From the NCBI RefSeq assembly GCF_020745735.1, contig NC_083426.1, positions 12,338,001 through 12,402,000 on the forward strand: DNA of 64,000 nt, written 5' to 3'. Below, piece by piece: positions 62,701 through 64,000 of this stretch (within the stretch, counting starts at the first letter, position 1; each line of letters starts with the position of its first letter). The DNA comes from Hemiscyllium ocellatum. Its lineage: Eukaryota. A model generated the notes under the pieces. It ran no database searches, was not told the origin of the DNA, and was given only the letters and a program-made list of their open reading frames with translations. The position numbers were made by a program, and so were the translations under genes.

Positions 62701-64000
62701 TCTAAGTTACATTCCTCATTGACCATTAACCTGCTTGAGAGTTTAATGGAATGGGCCCAAAATGAATGTGTGATCATTTACAATGAGCCATTCACACACA
62801 GCATGCTGCAGACAGAAACATATTTAAAAATAAAATAATTTTGGGAAGAAATCTATTTTACCAGATTTAAATTTTAATTTCATAAAGTTTTAAAATTATT
62901 TAATTCCATTGAACTTAACTTGGATTGTAACGTTTGGGATAAAATTTCACATTATTTCAGAATGACCGGTGGATTTGCAGCTTTCTAAATACAGTGAGCT
63001 GAGAAGCACATTCATTTGAAAGCCTTGCCTTGTCATTGTGTTTGTAAATATGGCAAGTTGCATTCACATAGCACCTTCAAAGATGCAAAGCTGGAGCAGA
63101 GAGATGGAAGAGTGTAAATTGGAAGATTCAAGGCCAGATTGAATGACGTTGGAATGGTTGGACATGAAACTAATAACATCATGGATGAGTGCTCTGTTGA
63201 GCAGGGAGATGGATGGAGTCAGTGGCGAAGGAAAGGTGAATGTGCTGTGATAGAGACAATGGCATCAACATTCAGGACTGTCAGGTGTAATTTTATTGAA
63301 GCTGTGAAAATGCAGAGACAAGCACAATCACAGCAGGTCGGTATGTCAGAGACAGTCCTTAAACTGGATCAATGGGGATGGAGGCATCAACCATCACTAT
63401 CAATCCTGAGCCGTATGTCTAGCTGTCTCCTTGGAGAGGTGAACAACTGTCATTCAGACTCAGGCTCAGCACTCACTGTCTGCTGGATATGAGCCACTGG
63501 CAAGAAGATTCAGGATGTGGAGGGGCTGCTGTTGGACTGGGATGGACAAAGCTGAAAATCACACAACACCAGGTTATAGTCCAACAGGTTTATTTGAAAA
63601 TACAAGCTTTCAGAGCACTACTCCTTTGTCAGGAAGCCATTTGGGCAGGATACATCGAGCACAGAATTTATAAATAAAAGATCAATTTGTCACACAATGG
63701 ATACAATGTATTAGAGAAACCTTGATTGCTGATAAGTCTTCAGTCACTTCGAATGAGGCTGCAGGTTTCCATTGATTAATATGTAAATCCCAGAATTTCT
63801 GTCAAGTCACCATCCCGATATATCTTCAGGTTTTATCCGTAAATAAAAAAGTGCCACGTCAGCTCAGACAATGCATTGCAGGAATGAGGTTAGAGTCTGT
63901 TTCTAGCATGGAGTCAGACAGGATTCATTTTGAAAGAAGGAATTTATAAAATATTACATTAACTCATTCTCTATAGATTGTGTGTTTTTGAACATAATAT

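Larger units (their letters stand above)
42078..64000. repeat. Segmental tandem duplication, paralog of 1-~20440
   Basis: Colinear near-identity across exons, introns and TEs. Offset 42077 at the left end and ~43550 at the right end because of indels. Confidence 0.97.

Overview
Repeat-rich vertebrate genomic DNA, very probably a shark: it carries HE1-type tRNA SINEs, CR1 LINEs and Penelope-derived hammerhead repeats. The window holds part of a tandem cluster of minus-strand immunoglobulin-superfamily receptor genes. One gene can be assembled completely from splice signals: leader (59058-59019), V (50175-49855), C2 (48227-47907), V (44906-44598), C2 (42547-42221), Ser/Thr stalk (39545-39467) and TM (32925-32835, ending in TAG). 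This gives 1488 nt, a 495-aa CD300/pIgR-like V-C2-V-C2 receptor with a TM arginine and almost no tail. A second paralog (leader 15599-15560, V, C2, V, C2) runs off the left edge; it lies in a ~42-43.5 kb tandem duplication (1-~20400 vs ~42078-64000). Between them is a hollow gene: a leader at 27.3 kb and a TM exon at 21.5 kb with no Ig exons. Degenerate NLR-type LRR fragments on the plus strand were co-duplicated with the cluster. Other notable signals: minimal type I hammerhead ribozyme motifs, a CR1 insertion with a twin-priming-type 5' inversion whose empty site is visible in a paralog, and replacement-heavy divergence between paralogous Ig exons. All alignments and counts were done by eye; no database search was possible.
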